DNA from: Felis catus
Taxonomy: Eukaryota
Reading direction: 5' to 3'
DNA length: 64,000 nucleotides
NCBI RefSeq assembly: GCF_018350175.1
Contig: NC_058368.1
Coordinates: 216,816,001-216,880,000 of the forward strand
Below are positions 26,035-39,589 of the stretch, one piece after another. Under the pieces are notes generated by a model that was not told the origin of the DNA, ran no database searches, and worked only from the letters and a program-made list of their open reading frames with translations. The position numbers and the translations under genes are program-made. Within the stretch, counting starts at the first letter, position 1; every line of letters begins with the position of its first letter.

Positions 26035-26470
26035 CTATTATATTGCTATAGCTGCTGAAACCAATTGCCAAAAATCTGATGGCTTGAAACATACATGGAT
26101 TTATGTACTTACAGTTCTAGAGGTGAGAAATCCAAAATCAGGTGTCGGTAAGGTCACATTCCGTCTGAAGAATCTAGAGGAGAGATCTGAGGTTCTAACT
26201 CTGTATTCCTTGTATTTATTTCCTGGATCAGTCACTTCCTCCAACTTCAAAGCCATAAACATAGTATAGAACTCTTCTTCTGTAGTAGAACCTCACTCTG
26301 TATTCCTCTTATAAGGATGATTGTAACTAAAATTAGATTCACCAGGAAAACTCAGGACAATTTCTGCATCTCAAGATCCCTGATTTAATGCAAAGTCTCT
26401 TTTTGCCATATAAAATAACAATTACAGATATACATTTGGACATCAATATCTTTTGGAGACCATTTGGACC
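26035..26470 (-). mobile_element. MLT1 (ERVL-MaLR) LTR
   Basis: gctgctg...ggcttgaaac...acagttctagagg...gcaaagtctcttttgccatataa motifs. Confidence 0.8.
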
Positions 26471-28800
26471 TTGACAGATGTCTGGTTGGGCCCTAGGATT
26501 CTGCAGCGGAAGCCTACGTTCGGGCACCAGGCTTTAGGCCTCAAGGAAGGCTCGAAATTGTGTCCTGTGCATGTGCAGTTAACTCCAGCTTGTGAGGTCT
26601 GGCGGGCAAGAAGAGGACTGGGTTTTGCTTGATAGATGACATGAGGCAGGCTCCTTTTTGGCAGCTGCATCTGGGAAAGGGGCAGCTAGCTACAGGCCAT
26701 CTAGGTGTTTCTCATGCCAGGTCTCCCCTGCTGGCTCTGAAGTACCCCTGAGATCCCATGAAATTGGCTTCTGGGAAGGGTGGGTGACAGAAGCTGCTCT
26801 TCGCACCTGTTTCCTCCTTTCTGAGAGTCCCCTCTGATGCTCTGTGCATCCCAGACCACCGTCGCCTTGCCTCTCCATCAGGACTTACACTTGCTGCTCC
26901 ATGAAAAAAAAAAAAAAAACAAAAAGAAAAATTCAGCCTAACAGACATCCACAGTTCCACAACACAACACATCCCACATACAAAATATAGTCAAAATATA
27001 TTTGCCTCTTCCAAACCTCCTCTGGTTTCTTGGGGGAGTTTCCAAGAGGTATATTTCACAGTTATTAAATTCACACTCTGGAAAGTTATCCCTATGATGG
27101 AAGTCATCGAATTAGAAAAGGCAATACAAAATTCATCCTTGACTTTAACTGAAGTAATCAATAAAACTACCTCAGCCCAGGAAGGCATTCTGGTTAGACT
27201 CAACACACTGGGGAGAATAAATTCTATGGGATATTCCTTTCCACATGAGTATTTTCTTTAGGCTTCCAGGTAGGTTATTATTTTTATATTTACTCTCCTA
27301 GCACATTATACCGCCGTTGATCATACTGATTTGTGTTGACTTAGTTTGCTGTGTGTGTCATTAGACTATGGCCTCTCTAAAATGAGATCGTGTTTTGCTC
27401 ACCTTTTGTATTCTGAATAATGTGGTACCATGTAGTATAAAATATGCTTTTAGTAAATTGTAGTTGAAAAAAAATGTCTACTCAGATATTTTTGTGGAAT
27501 ATTTTAATTGGGGTTTGAACAGCTCATTCTGGGCTTTTACTAAAGAGGCAATTGGAAGTCCATTGACTACTTTTGAGTACGAAAATGATATAGTCACATA
27601 TGCAATTTAGCAAGATTAATTCGAAAGTGGTTTTTATGGTGCAGTGGAGCAAGACGTGCATGAGACAATTACTTCTGTTAAGAGAGTGTTTCAATAGCCC
27701 AAGTGGTAGATGTAATAGAGTTCATCTTAGGTGGCTCAGAGTCATTATGGAAAAGAAATAAGATATCACATGGAAATATGCCACAAAAATTAGAAGGAAG
27801 AGAATCTAAAAATTCAGTGATGATGTCGTGGGAGGGAGAGAAGTGCATATTTATTTTTTTAAGTAGACCGTTAATTATATAATTCATATCTTATAACTAA
27901 AGGTTAAGATAGCACCCAAACAATAAGTTCATGAATTAAATATGACTGCCTATTTATTTTATGTTGACAGAAAAAAACATTTGAATCACTCAATTTTTTT
28001 AATTTGTTTTTGTGTGAAGTCATACAAATAGAATCTGCATTGGCAATATTTATAGAAATCTTTGTAGCCTACAGAATAATGTGAACAAGAAATTATTCCT
28101 TATTTTTAATCAATACCCAAAGTATTAGTGGCATTGAGTTTTAAAGAAATAACATTATCATTGTACTTTCTTATACAAAAGTATAAGTCTCATTATAATT
28201 CAAATAGCAAATGGCCATTTAAACCATATGTAGATTTTAGCTATATTCTAATAATCTCCTATAAACATAAAATTTAACAACTTTTTTTTCACTAAAAGTT
28301 GAATCTGTACGTGTGATCTTCCAAGGAAAGTATTAGAAAGACTATTATTATCTTTTTGTATTAAATTAAATGTTCTTAAATTGTTTTTAATGACTCCTTT
28401 CTTGAAATTGGCTTTGAATTATCTATACATTTTTAAAAATTATATGCATATGTGAGTATGTATGAAAAGATGAATCTTCATACAGATAATATTGCTAAAT
28501 TTTCTTATATTTTAAAACAACTATAACGTGAAAGGTAAGAATTACTATAGTACACAAATGTGTTTTCAAAAAATAAATATTAAAATTTAAAATGTTTTCA
28601 TCACATATTTTTCCTCTTTTAGTCTATATTTTGTTATAAGATACAAATTCAACCGAGAATGGATATGCTCACTAGTTGCTAATAGGTGGGGTCACACCTA
28701 TGCAAAGATGTGGATTCAAATTTAATATAAGCTAAAAATTACAACCTCCAATATAAAGTCAAACTATTCATCAAAATCTACAAGCATAAGACGATTGTAA

Positions 28801-28870
28801 TTTTTTTAATAGATTTTATTTTTTAGAGCAGCTTTAGGTTCAGAGCAAAATTGAGTGGAAGGAACAGGGA
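28801..28870 (-). mobile_element. Short L1MC 3'-end fragment
   Basis: aatagattttattttttagagcagctttaggttcagagcaaaattgag matches the reverse of the L1MC 3' end seen at 25365-25410. Confidence 0.75.
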
Positions 28871-29029
28871 TAAAGATTTATTAGGGTTTATTAAAGAAGT
28901 GATCCAAGAGAGATGGGAATTAAATGGACATGAAAACCCGGAACTTATGTTTTCATTAAACATCGAGAGATTACATATAGTTTTACTAGAAGTGGCATAC
29001 ACTGGCTATTAGGAGCCTATTTTTATTAA

Positions 29030-29110
29030 TTTTATTTTATTTTATTTTATTTTATTTTATTTTATTTTATTTTATTTTATTTTATTTTGTTTTGTTTTGT
29101 TTTGTTTTTT
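29030..29110. repeat. (TTTTA)n(TTTTG)n microsatellite
   Basis: Directly visible. Confidence 0.95.
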
Positions 29111-29185
29111 ATAGTTGTTCAAGAGCCTATTTTTAAATGTCAAGAATTTTTTAGTTGGATGCCAAACAAAATAAAATAAAATGTA

Positions 29186-29403
29186 TTTTTTTTTAATTTT
29201 TTTAATGTTTATTTCTCAGACAGAGAGAGACAGAGCATGAGTGGGGGGAGGGGCACAGAGAAAGGGAGACACAGAATCCGTAGCAGGCTCCAGGCTCTGA
29301 GCTGTCAGCACAAGGCCCAACGCAGGGCTCGAACTCACAAACTGTAAGATCATGACCTGAGCCGAAGTCGGTCGCTCAACCAACTGAGCCACCCAGGCAC
29401 CCC
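29186..29403 (-). mobile_element. SINEC_Fc-like SINE
   Basis: Full antisense copy; TSD-like aaaataaaatgtattttt/aaaataaaacatattttt. Confidence 0.93.
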
Positions 29404-29582
29404 AAAATAAAACATATTTTCAAGGGTAAAATACAACCCATTGCTTTCTAATTATTTTTTTTTAATTTTGCTATTATCTGTCCTTTTGAGATTATTTTTG
29501 TCTACTGTATGGTAGAAAAACTATATAATGTATTATTATTAGTCTCTTCCTAAATCTGTGTTCTGTAATATCACATAGGTAG

Positions 29583-30229
29583 TGTTATAGGTTAGATTGT
29601 GTCTGTCCAAAACTCAAGTCCTAACACCATGTGCCTTAAAATGTGACTGTGACTGAATTTAGTGATAGGGTCACCATTAGTAATAGGTACAGAAGTAATC
29701 AAGTTGAAATGAGGTCATTAGGGTGAGCCCTAATCCAATATGATTGGTATTTTTATAGAAGGGGGAAATGTGAGGGGCATCTGGGTGGCTCAGTTGGTTC
29801 AGCATCCAACTCTTGATTTTGGCTCATGGCATGATCTCACAATTTGTGGGACTGAGCCTGTGTCTGGCTCTGTGATGAGCATGGAAGCTGCTTGGGATTC
29901 TCTCTCTCCCTCTCTCTCTGCCCCTCCCATGCACTCTCTCTCTCTGTCTCTTTCAAAATAAATAAACATTAAGATAAAAGAAAGGGGAAATGTGAACACA
30001 GACATGTACAGAGGAAGATGATGTGAAGACACTTAGAGAGACAGCCATCTAAAAGCCAAGTAGAGAGGCTTGGCATGGACACTTCCCCCACAGCCCTCAA
30101 AAAGAACCAACCCTACCAACACCTTGATTTTAGACTTCCATCCTCCAGAAGTGTGAGCCAATAGCTATTTTTTGTTTAAACTGCCTAGTCTGTGGTACTT
30201 TGTTATGGTAACCCTAGAAAATTAACACA
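29583..30229 (+). mobile_element. MLT1B-like solo LTR interrupted by a SINE
   Basis: Starts tgttatagg, contains gaggtcattagggtgagccctaatccaatatga and gattttagacttcca, ends aattaacaca. Confidence 0.88.
29774..29980 (+). mobile_element. CAN-SINE inside the MLT1 LTR
   Basis: TSD ggggaaatgtga on both sides. Confidence 0.93.
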
Positions 30230-30342
30230 GGAGCTTGGAATTTTCCATGGCAGGAGTTTTTATGTCATGAAAATTGGCCAAGAATACAAATTACATCTGT
30301 TGTTTTTGAAGGGTTGATTGGTAAACACCTAGAAGCATACAC

Positions 30343-30344
<2 letters not shown>

Positions 30345-30379
<35 letters not shown>
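30345..30379. repeat. (TG)n microsatellite
   Basis: Directly visible. Confidence 0.95.
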
Positions 30380-30382
<3 letters not shown>

Positions 30383-31044
30383 TTGCAGGAATTATGAAAT
30401 ATTTTACTACCATACATGACCATTCTACCCTCCATAAAGACTTGTAAAGTAAAGCAGATTTTAATTTGCTAATAATTTAATCTCTGGCTTAACAAACCAT
30501 CATGAAGTATTTTGAATAAAAACTGGAAAAGTCTACTTTCATGAGTAAAAAAATCACAAAGGCAGATGGAAATATACAGTCTGTATCTCCCTAGATCCTT
30601 TGTCAATAATAGATGAAAGTAGGACAGTGATCTGAGAAAATAACAGTGAGTCTGTCAAAGAAAAGCTGTACAAGCCAGATATCAGTCCAAGAAACCTAAC
30701 AATATCTGGCAATCATATTTAACATGTCTATCTAGAGGGAGTTATGAATCCTCTTTGGGCTACCGGACATTCCTATTAAGTTGAGAAAAAAGGTTCCCAG
30801 CACCATTAGTTACTAAGTGCTAGGGCAGGAGTGATTCTTGATGTCTACAAAATCAAATTGCTTGGACTACTGTCTCCAAAAGCAGGCTCAGCTCATAAAG
30901 ACACCTGCCGATCAAGCATTGAATGAAGATACTAGACACCTGCTGTGACCTTCCTATGTTACAACCTTCTGTTTGTCTCACTGTAAAGCAATTATGGAGT
31001 GGGAGTGCAGGGAATTATTTGGCACTTCTGAGCACTATGAGAGA

Positions 31045-31195
31045 AATGTAAATAACTTAATGTCCTGTATTCCTCATGTGTAAAATGGAGAAAATAATCT
31101 TCCCATGCCACTTACTTCTTGTTAAGCAGGTAATAAATGAAAAGTTTCCTAGAATGAAATCTGGGGAGTAAGTGCTTAAAAATGTTAGCTACTAC
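31045..31195 (+). mobile_element. MIR fragment
   Basis: ttcctcatgtgtaaaatggag core and agtaagtgctt...aaatgttagcta tail. Confidence 0.7.
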
Positions 31196-31909
31196 CTTTT
31201 GGCAGTCATATTATTCCTCTCTCTGTGAAGGAGGGAGGTGGAGCCGCCCTCATCATCATGACAGGCCATTACATATGGAGAATCAAATTACGAAACATCA
31301 TCTTGGTGGAGGTTACGTTTTTAATATTTTAAAGTCAAGTGGACTTGGGTTTGCTTCTGGATTTTCCGTCACATAGAACACAGCTTTGAGCACATTTCTA
31401 GATTTCCCAAAAGCTGGATTTACTCATGTTTACAATATATAATCAGAGTGCTTTTCAAAGAGGGCAATGTACAAGATAATATATGTAATATGTTTATATG
31501 TATATGCAAGATCACTATCTGGTTTGTGACAAATATTCAATCATTATACCTATGGTTGTTATATTCCTAACATTACTTTTATCATTACCACTATCAAGAT
31601 TTTCTCATAGTTCTAAGGGAAGGGTGTAATTAATATATTCATTATAAAATCCACAGGAAATATTTCCAACAAGGGTTAAGCCGTCATAAAACACCCTTAT
31701 GGATTCTTAGGTCTGTTATTGGTTGTAGGCATTCCCCACAGTAGTCAGACATGTTAAAAGGCAATACATTTGTGCCTGCTTTGACAGCATCTGTAGTAAA
31801 GACAATACATTAAGTAGAGCATATTATTTCTTGATTGTTAGTGCCTAGTAACTTTGAGCTGTTTGCCTACCCCATGTCATTTATTGCCATTAGTATGCTT
31901 TTCTATTTC

Positions 31910-32545
31910 AAAGTTAAATGTTTATTGATTATCTACTAAATGCTAGGTGTGAGATAAATAGTGGTAAACAAAAGAAAGTCCTCAAGCTCAGAAAAAAAAA
32001 AAAGAGAAAGAGAGAGAAACAAATTAATGTATACCCTGACAGTGATGCAAAGTTTGATAAAGAAAATGAAGTATGATCATGGGACAGATCATTTGGGGGA
32101 AGGGTCATTGGAACCAAAATAATCAATAAAGTCATCTTAGATAAGGAGACATGGGAACAAATATCTAAATAAAGTGAAGCAACAAGTGATATAGATCAAA
32201 GGAGAGAGCATTCTAGCAAGAGAAATAGTTAAATGCTGAGGCACAGAAAGTGAGTATGTTTGGATGGTTCAAGAAACACTGAAGAAGCCAGGGTTGGAAG
32301 AGGTATGTGAACAAACAAGAAAGTGGAAGTCATGAGGTCACAGCTGATGTATGTGAGGATGGCTATATCCTGTACGGACTTAAAGAGTATAATGGAGACT
32401 TTAAATTTTATTTTGAGGGAGATATAAACTCCTGGAGGGCTTCAAGTATAAAAGTCACATAATCTTACATTAGTTTTAAAAGTATTACGGGCTGATGGGT
32501 AGAGACTATAAATAGGCAAAAGTAGAAGCAAGGAGATTATTTTGG
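31910..32545 (-). mobile_element. L2 fragment
   Basis: aaatgtttattga...ctactaaatgctagg start; purine-rich L2-type body (gagagcattctagc, ctggagggcttcaag). Confidence 0.65.
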
Positions 32546-33784
32546 AAGTTGGAAGCGGATGCTACTTTCTATGCCTATCAGATATCCGGTTTGTAAATAC
32601 CACCTTAAGGGAGCCGATTAAAAAGAGGAAACTTTTATTTTTGTGGAGACTATATCTCCTTATTTTGAAAAATAAACCTCAATGTATTTTATACAAACCT
32701 CAATTTGTATTCAGTAAAATTACATTTTATTCCATATTTTTCCTAAAGAAATGATACACAAATATTTTCTTTTAAAAAATCATATCAGAACATCTATTTT
32801 ACATTTGTCTTTTGCAGCGACCTTTAAGTGTGTCATTTCTCAATAATTATTTCCGACCTTCATTGATCTCTCTTGGTATTTAATTCATTGTCAGTGAAGA
32901 CAGAAAATTATATATATTTTCAGATTTTTCCTTCTTTCATGGTAACTGGTCAAATGCTGCCAGCTCCCCACGTGACAATAGCGTTGTGTGAGATTTGATA
33001 ATCTCATCATGATTTCTCATACATCCTACACCTCCTAAAAATCTTACAATTTCATTTCACAACTTAGTTGTATAATTTCATTGCACTGTATCGGATGCTG
33101 TTTATAGTTAGAAAATGAGAACAAGAAGCTGACGAAGTCGGCTGGGATAAACATAATAAATATCACCTAATTTTATAATGACTAAATCCACTAGTAAATA
33201 CTTTTATTTCATGATGACTTCAGCTAGTAATGCCAAATAGGTGATATATGATTTTAAGGACATGAAATATTAGGGAAAACTCCTTTATATGAGCTGAATT
33301 TTCCCCCCAATTTTTCAAAACTATTCTAAGCCCAAATTCGAGAGGATTTATGCCCTCTTAGAACATATATCTGGAAGATCAAAGAGTAATGTTGGTCCTC
33401 TATGGTCTTTATTTATACCAAAGAAAGTTTACCTAAGTCAGGGCTTCAAGGTCTTAAGGAAGCAGAAGGAAAACATTGGCCTGCATTGGAAATATTCTTG
33501 AAAATATGCTATTAACAGTCTGTTAAATTTTCCATTTTAATGGTACAAAAATGGTCTTATATGTCTCAATCAAGACAAAAGTAAATTGTCTGTTAAATGC
33601 CCAAAATGTTTTTTCCATGGCCAAGAAGAGACAAACACCATCAGGTGCAAAGGGTTGACAATGTCAAATAAATTTCAAGAAATACAAAAACTGCGCGGTG
33701 TTCAGACTGTCTTATATCATGTTGGTACACATTTTGTTTAGCACAATATAAAGGGCCTGGCTCATTAGAAAATATAAATGGTCT

Positions 33785-34011
33785 GGGGCACCTGGGTGGC
33801 TCAGTCGGTTAAGCGTCCGACTTCAGCTCAGGTCATGATCTCACAGTTCGTGAGTTCCAGCCCCACATCAGGCTCTGTGCTGACAGCTCAGAGCCTGGAG
33901 CCTGTTTCAGATTCTGTGTCTCCCTCTCTCTCTCTGACCCTCCCCCATTCATGCTCTGTCTCTCTCTATCTCAAAAGTAAATAAACGTTAAGAAGAAAAA
34001 AAAAGAAAGAA
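33785..34011 (+). mobile_element. SINEC_Fc-like SINE
   Basis: TSD agaaaatataaa. Confidence 0.94.
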
Positions 34012-34734
34012 AGAAAATATAAAGGGTGTACGTTGAAGGGAAACACATATGAATCTACTCTGTTAATAACCAAGTGATTAGAGAGGGGGATGCATGTAAT
34101 AAATGTGCATTGATTATTGGAAACACTTCCAATGGAAATTTCGATCTTTATTATCTTTTTTTCAAGAGAGGGGAAAATAACAACACAGGTTCCTCTGAAA
34201 CTAATCTGTTGCAAATGAGTAGCGAAGGGAATGGGGAAAAATCATGAAGGAAATGCATTAGTAAGTAAGTGCTTCTCTCTGTAGATAGAGGATTGATGAT
34301 AGATTATAGGTAGATAGAGGATAGGTAGATAGATACTTAGATACATAGATAGATAGAAATGGGCAGTTAGTTATATAGGAAATTCTATGACAAAAACTCT
34401 CCAATGTTCTGGATCTAGAAACATAAAACATAGTTTCTGCCCCTAGAAATCTTACAAGTGAGTGGGAGCAGAAAGACACATAACCTGTAATTATAGTAAA
34501 ATGTGCTATCTTCATTACTAATGGATGCACAATACAGTATGAAAATATAGAGTAAGGTAGATTGAATGCCAGATTTTAGTTGTCACTACATTTCAATGCA
34601 TGAGTCTCTAGAATTTATAAATATATATTAGTAAAAATCAGAGGTAACAACTATGTGATAAAGAACATTTATCTGAAAATAAGATTTCTAAAGATTCATA
34701 ACATTAAGGAAAATACACTTAAAAAGTATAATAT

Positions 34735-34810
34735 CTGATGAATCATTAAATTCTACTCCTGAAACCAATATTATACTATACATTAACTAACTAGAATTTA
34801 AATAAAATCT
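34735..34810 (+). mobile_element. Carnivore L1 extreme 3' fragment
   Basis: gatgaatcattaaattctactcctgaaacc...taactaactagaatttaaataaaa. Confidence 0.8.
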
Positions 34811-35110
34811 TATATATTTATATACGAAGATATATATACATATATGTATCTTCTAATCAACAACTGGGCAAAAAACTTGGATAGGTACTTCACAAATGAA
34901 TATTTCCAAATAGGTCAGAAACGTATAAAATGCAAGCAAAATCATTAGTTATCAGAGAAGATAAAGAACCCAGAAATATCCTCGTATAACCAATGATATA
35001 GTTGGTTTATGTTAGACAAAGGTACAAAGGCAATTCAGTACAGAGTGAACCGACTTTTTGATAAATTATGCAGGACTAACTAGATGCCTGTATGCAAAAA
35101 CATGATTCCT

Positions 35111-35328
35111 GGGGCACATGGATGGCCCAGTCAGGAAAGTGTCCAGCTCTTGATTCTGGCTCAGGTCATGAAGTCATGATTCATCCGTTGGAGCCGCGAG
35201 TCAGGCTCTGCGCTGGTAGCATGGAGACTGCCTGGGAGTCTCTCTTTCTCACTCTCTCTGCCCCTCTCCTGCTTGTTCTCACTTTCTTTCTCTCTGTCGC
35301 TCTCAAAATAAATAAATAAGCATTAAAC
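35111..35328 (+). mobile_element. CAN-SINE
   Basis: TSD atgattcct(g). Confidence 0.9.
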
Positions 35329-36135
35329 AAATGATTCCTGATACATACATCACAAATTATACAAAAACTAACTTAAAATAGGCCAAAACATAAATATAAA
35401 AGAAAAAAATATACAAAATGTATAGAAAAAGGAAACATAGGACAAAACTAGCATGATCTTGGATTTGGAAAGAATTTTTGATATGAGACAAAGACACATT
35501 TGATAAAAGAAAAAAGGTACATTGGGCTTTATCAAAATTAAGAGTTTTGTTCTGTGAAAGACCTGTTAAATGGAAATAAAAGCAATGGGTTATACTTAAA
35601 ATTTATAAAATGCATTTATGATAAAGAACTTACACCCAGAATATATATAAAGAACCCTTAAAATTCAATGATAAGGAAATCATGGCACACTTGTTTAAAC
35701 AACAGACAAAAGATCAAATAAGATTCTTCACCAAAGAATATATATGATAGCAATAATCATATGGAAAGACTCTCAGCATCATTATCAGGAAAATACAATT
35801 TTAAATAACCATGAGATAACCAAGATATCAGTGAATATCTATTATAGTAGATAACTCACATACATTGTTGTTGGAAATAGAAAATGATACAACCCCTTTG
35901 GAAAACAGTTTGGAGTTACGATAAAGTTAAATATATACATACGACTCAGAAATTATATTGCTAAGTATTTATCCAAATTCATAAAAACCTGCATATAAAT
36001 ATTTATAACAACTTTATTCACTATTGACAAAAATCTAAAGTGCTCTAGATACATATCAACAAGTGAATAAGTAAACTGTGGTACATTCATACAATGGAAC
36101 GGTATTCAGTAATGAAAATTTACATGACAGCCCTA

Positions 36136-36352
36136 GGGGGGGCCTGGGGGCTCAGTCGGTTAAGCGTCTGACTCTTGATTTCGGCTCAGATCATGGTCTC
36201 AAGTTGTGATATCTAGCTGCTTCAGGCTCTGTGCTAGGTGTGGAGGCTGCTTAAGATTCTCTCTCTTTCCTTTTCCTTTTGCCTTTCTCTTCCCCAGCTC
36301 ATGTGGGTGTGTTCTCTCACTCTCGCTCTCTCTCAAAAAAAAAAGGAAAAAA
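36136..36352 (+). mobile_element. CAN-SINE (older)
   Basis: gctcagtcggttaagcgtctgactcttgatttcggctcag head, (CT)n, A tail. Confidence 0.9.
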
Positions 36353-37237
36353 ATTATATAACAGCACAAATGTGTTGCAAGAATCCAGGTTTAAAAAGCT
36401 ACATTGTGTATGGTTCCATTTTTATTCTGGGAAAGGTAAAACTATAAGGACAGGAAAATGATCAGCTGTTGCCAGGGAATAATGGCAGGGGTAGGGGTGA
36501 GGAAGGAGGTGAACTCAGTGAGGCAGCCCAAGTTCACTTTTGGTTCAGATAGCTACTCTGAATGGTCAGTACATTTTTAAAATGCATGAGTATCTGGAAA
36601 CAAATTTTTCCAGAGAAAATTTGTTTGGCTTTGCACAAAACACAATGATCAGAGACATACAAATTAAAACCACGATTATAGTCGACCACGTTCACAGTAG
36701 AATGGCTAAAATTAAATAAACAAGTAAGCAAGTGAATAAATAAATGACCGTATTACATATTTGAAGATGTGGGGCACCTGGGATTTAGTATATTAGCTGT
36801 GGGAGGGTAAACTGGTACAGCCACTTGGAAAAATTTTGACAGAATCCCTTCAATTAAATGTATGCATATGTTATGACCCAGAAATTCTACTCATATATAC
36901 AAAATCCCACATATATAAATGTGTACTTGTCCATGTATTTGTTCCTATCTATCTACTCTCTATCAAATACATGTGTAATAATGTTTGAAATTGCATTATT
37001 CATAATCATCCCAAACTGGAAACATCACAAAAGGTTCAGCAACACTGGAAGAGATACATACAGTTGCATATATTCCCATAATGGAATACTAAGCAGCAGT
37101 GAATTGAACAAAGTAGAGCTTGTACATCACTATCATAAATTGTAATGCCATATAGAAGAAACCAGATACAGAAGGTCCATACTGTTCTATTTCATTTACA
37201 TAAAATTCAAAAAGAGAAAAATACTCGAGATTATTTA

Positions 37238-37765
37238 TTGTATTAATTTCCTATGGTGCTATAGAATATTATCTTTAATTCAGTGGTTGAAAACAACACA
37301 AATTTGTTCTCTTACTCTTCTGGAGGTCAAGAGTCTAAAATGGGTCTTACTGAGCTAAAATCAATGTGTGGGCATGACTGCATTCCTTCTGGAGGACCAA
37401 GGGGAGAGGCCATTTCCTAACCATTGTTAGCTTACGGAGAATTCCTGCATTCCTAGGCCTTGACCTGCCCCCTCCACCATTCCTTCATCATCAATGATTA
37501 CTTCAGTGACTACTTTCCAACTTCTTCTGTTGTCACAGATCCTCTGACTCTGATTTTTCTGCTGTCTTCTTTGACTTACAAGGACCCTCGTAATTACATT
37601 GGGCCAAACTAGATAATCCAGAACTATCTCCTCATTTAAGGTCAATTTATGAGCAACCTTAATTCATTCTGCAATTTTAATTCCTCCTGGCTATGTTACA
37701 TAACATATTCATAGGTACCAGAGATTAAGATATGGTCAGTCATCTTTAAGAGTCCATTATTCTCT
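37238..37765 (-). mobile_element. MLT1C/D-like LTR
   Basis: tgtattaatttcctatgg...aaaacaacacaaattt...gattacattgggcc-like and ataatccaga motifs. Confidence 0.85.
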
Positions 37766-37903
37766 TTCATTAGGTGATAAATATTAGAACGTTGGTTACA
37801 TGTTCATAGGAGAAATAACCTATAGCCAGCACTAAGCAGGCTTGTCGTGTTAGTAAGATCCTATATCTTGATCAGGGTTGTCTTTAAAGAGTTATGTTCC
37901 CTT

Positions 37904-38109
37904 GGGGGCACCTGGGTGGCTCAGTCGGTTAAGCATCCGACTTGCTCAGGTCATGATCTCACAGTTTGTTAGTTTAAGCCCCGCAACGGGCTTTGTGATG
38001 ACAGCTCCCAGCCTGGAGCCTACTTCGGATTCTGTGTCTCCTTCTCTCTCTGCCCCTCCCCCACTTGTGCTGTCTCTCTATCAAAAAATAAGTAAAATTA
38101 AAAAAAAAA
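37904..38109 (+). mobile_element. SINEC_Fc-like SINE
   Basis: TSD ttaaagagttatgttccctt/ttaaagagttgtttccctt. Confidence 0.93.
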
Positions 38110-38845
38110 TTAAAGAGTTGTTTCCCTTTGGGTAGTGATGATGGCTTTAACCCTACATTCATATTTTTTTCACACATTCAAGTGATATAGTAAACTTTGA
38201 TGAAATAGTACATAAAACACAAGAAAGGGGATGTAGAAAATGATTTTTAATGTAAAATAATATAAAACATTTTGTAAGAGTAAATGGATAATTTTAAGAA
38301 AAATTAAATTATCTTTTTATTTCAGAAAGGAAATATATATATAATAACATATATAATATGCTTTAAATGACTTGATGACCAAACAGTTGTTTTCGGAGTC
38401 TTTAAAGTTTATGATAAATATGTTTTTAATGTACTTTACAAGAACAACTTAATGAGATAAAACTATTCTAATGTATTTGAATCATACTCTAAGCATAATA
38501 CCAAGAGCTGAGAAATATGTCACTTAAGATTTATGTATGGAATGAAAATAAAAATAATGCATAGTAAATATTTTGGAGGTAATACAATGATAACTTCAAA
38601 ATAAAGTTAATTAAATCCATTATGGACCATAGAGAAAACAGTATCAGGCAGGCATTTAACATATTTTATTATAAATAGTAAGCCAGTACGATTTCTAGTA
38701 TTGTACAGAATCACAAAGGAGAATGTTTTTTAAGTATACGTTCAAAGAAAGATTTTTATGTTTACATTCTATTTATATATTTTCTCTATATTCATAAGTA
38801 TGGATTTTATTTTGAAAATTAACTTTTTGAAAATAAATTTACATT

Positions 38846-39060
38846 ATTTTTTTTTATTTTAAATGTTTATTTATTTTTAAGAGAGAGAGAGAGTGTAAGC
38901 ATGGGAGGGGCAGAGAGAGAGGGAAACACAGAATCTGAAGCAGGCTCCAGGTTCCAAGCAGTCAGCACAGAGCCCAATGCAGGGCTCAAGCTCACAGACT
39001 GAGAGATCATGACCTGAGCTCAAGTTGGACGCTTAACCGACTGAACCACCCAGGGGCCCC
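38846..39060 (-). mobile_element. SINEC_Fc-like SINE
   Basis: TSD acattattttttt/acgttattttttt. Confidence 0.92.
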
Positions 39061-39589
39061 ACGTTATTTTTTTAAAAAGAATAATTTTATTAAAATCAAG
39101 TCAAAACCCAGAGAATGAACTTTTGCTAGGTAAAAATTATACAACTGAGTCATATTTTTTAGTTCTTTTCTAACAATGTTTTTCTTGAACTTTCAAGCAC
39201 TCTTAACAGCCTGGTACTAATTCTCACTTAGAAGCTGTTGAACTGAGAGAGGTCTGGAAATGCACCAGTTCAGTGAAATATTCAGCCCATCAGGAGGTTC
39301 TGAGAGTCTCTTGGATTTAAACCCTTTTCATCTTTTAGCTCCCAATCTTCTAATCCATTTTTGGGAGGAATCTTCAATTATCCCTGTTTTTAGCCCCTAT
39401 TTATCACCTTCCCTTTGAAAAGCAGGATTTCAATTACATGTTAGAGGTAAAGCAATTAAAAAGTCTTCCTTCAGTAAAGCCACGTTGTTTGCATAAAGAT
39501 ACCAGTCATATCTGCTCCTTGAGGCTCCAGTCTGGCATTCTCTTAGATTCTGTTCAGCATTATCTGTGATCTTTTATTTCCTTTATATT

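Larger units (their letters stand above)
34855..37225 (+). mobile_element. Cluster of decayed old L1M ORF2/3' UTR fragments
   Basis: Scattered L1M motifs (aaaggcaattcagt, ctttggaaaacagtttgg, aaactgtggtacattcatacaatggaa, aaactggtacagccac). Confidence 0.7.
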
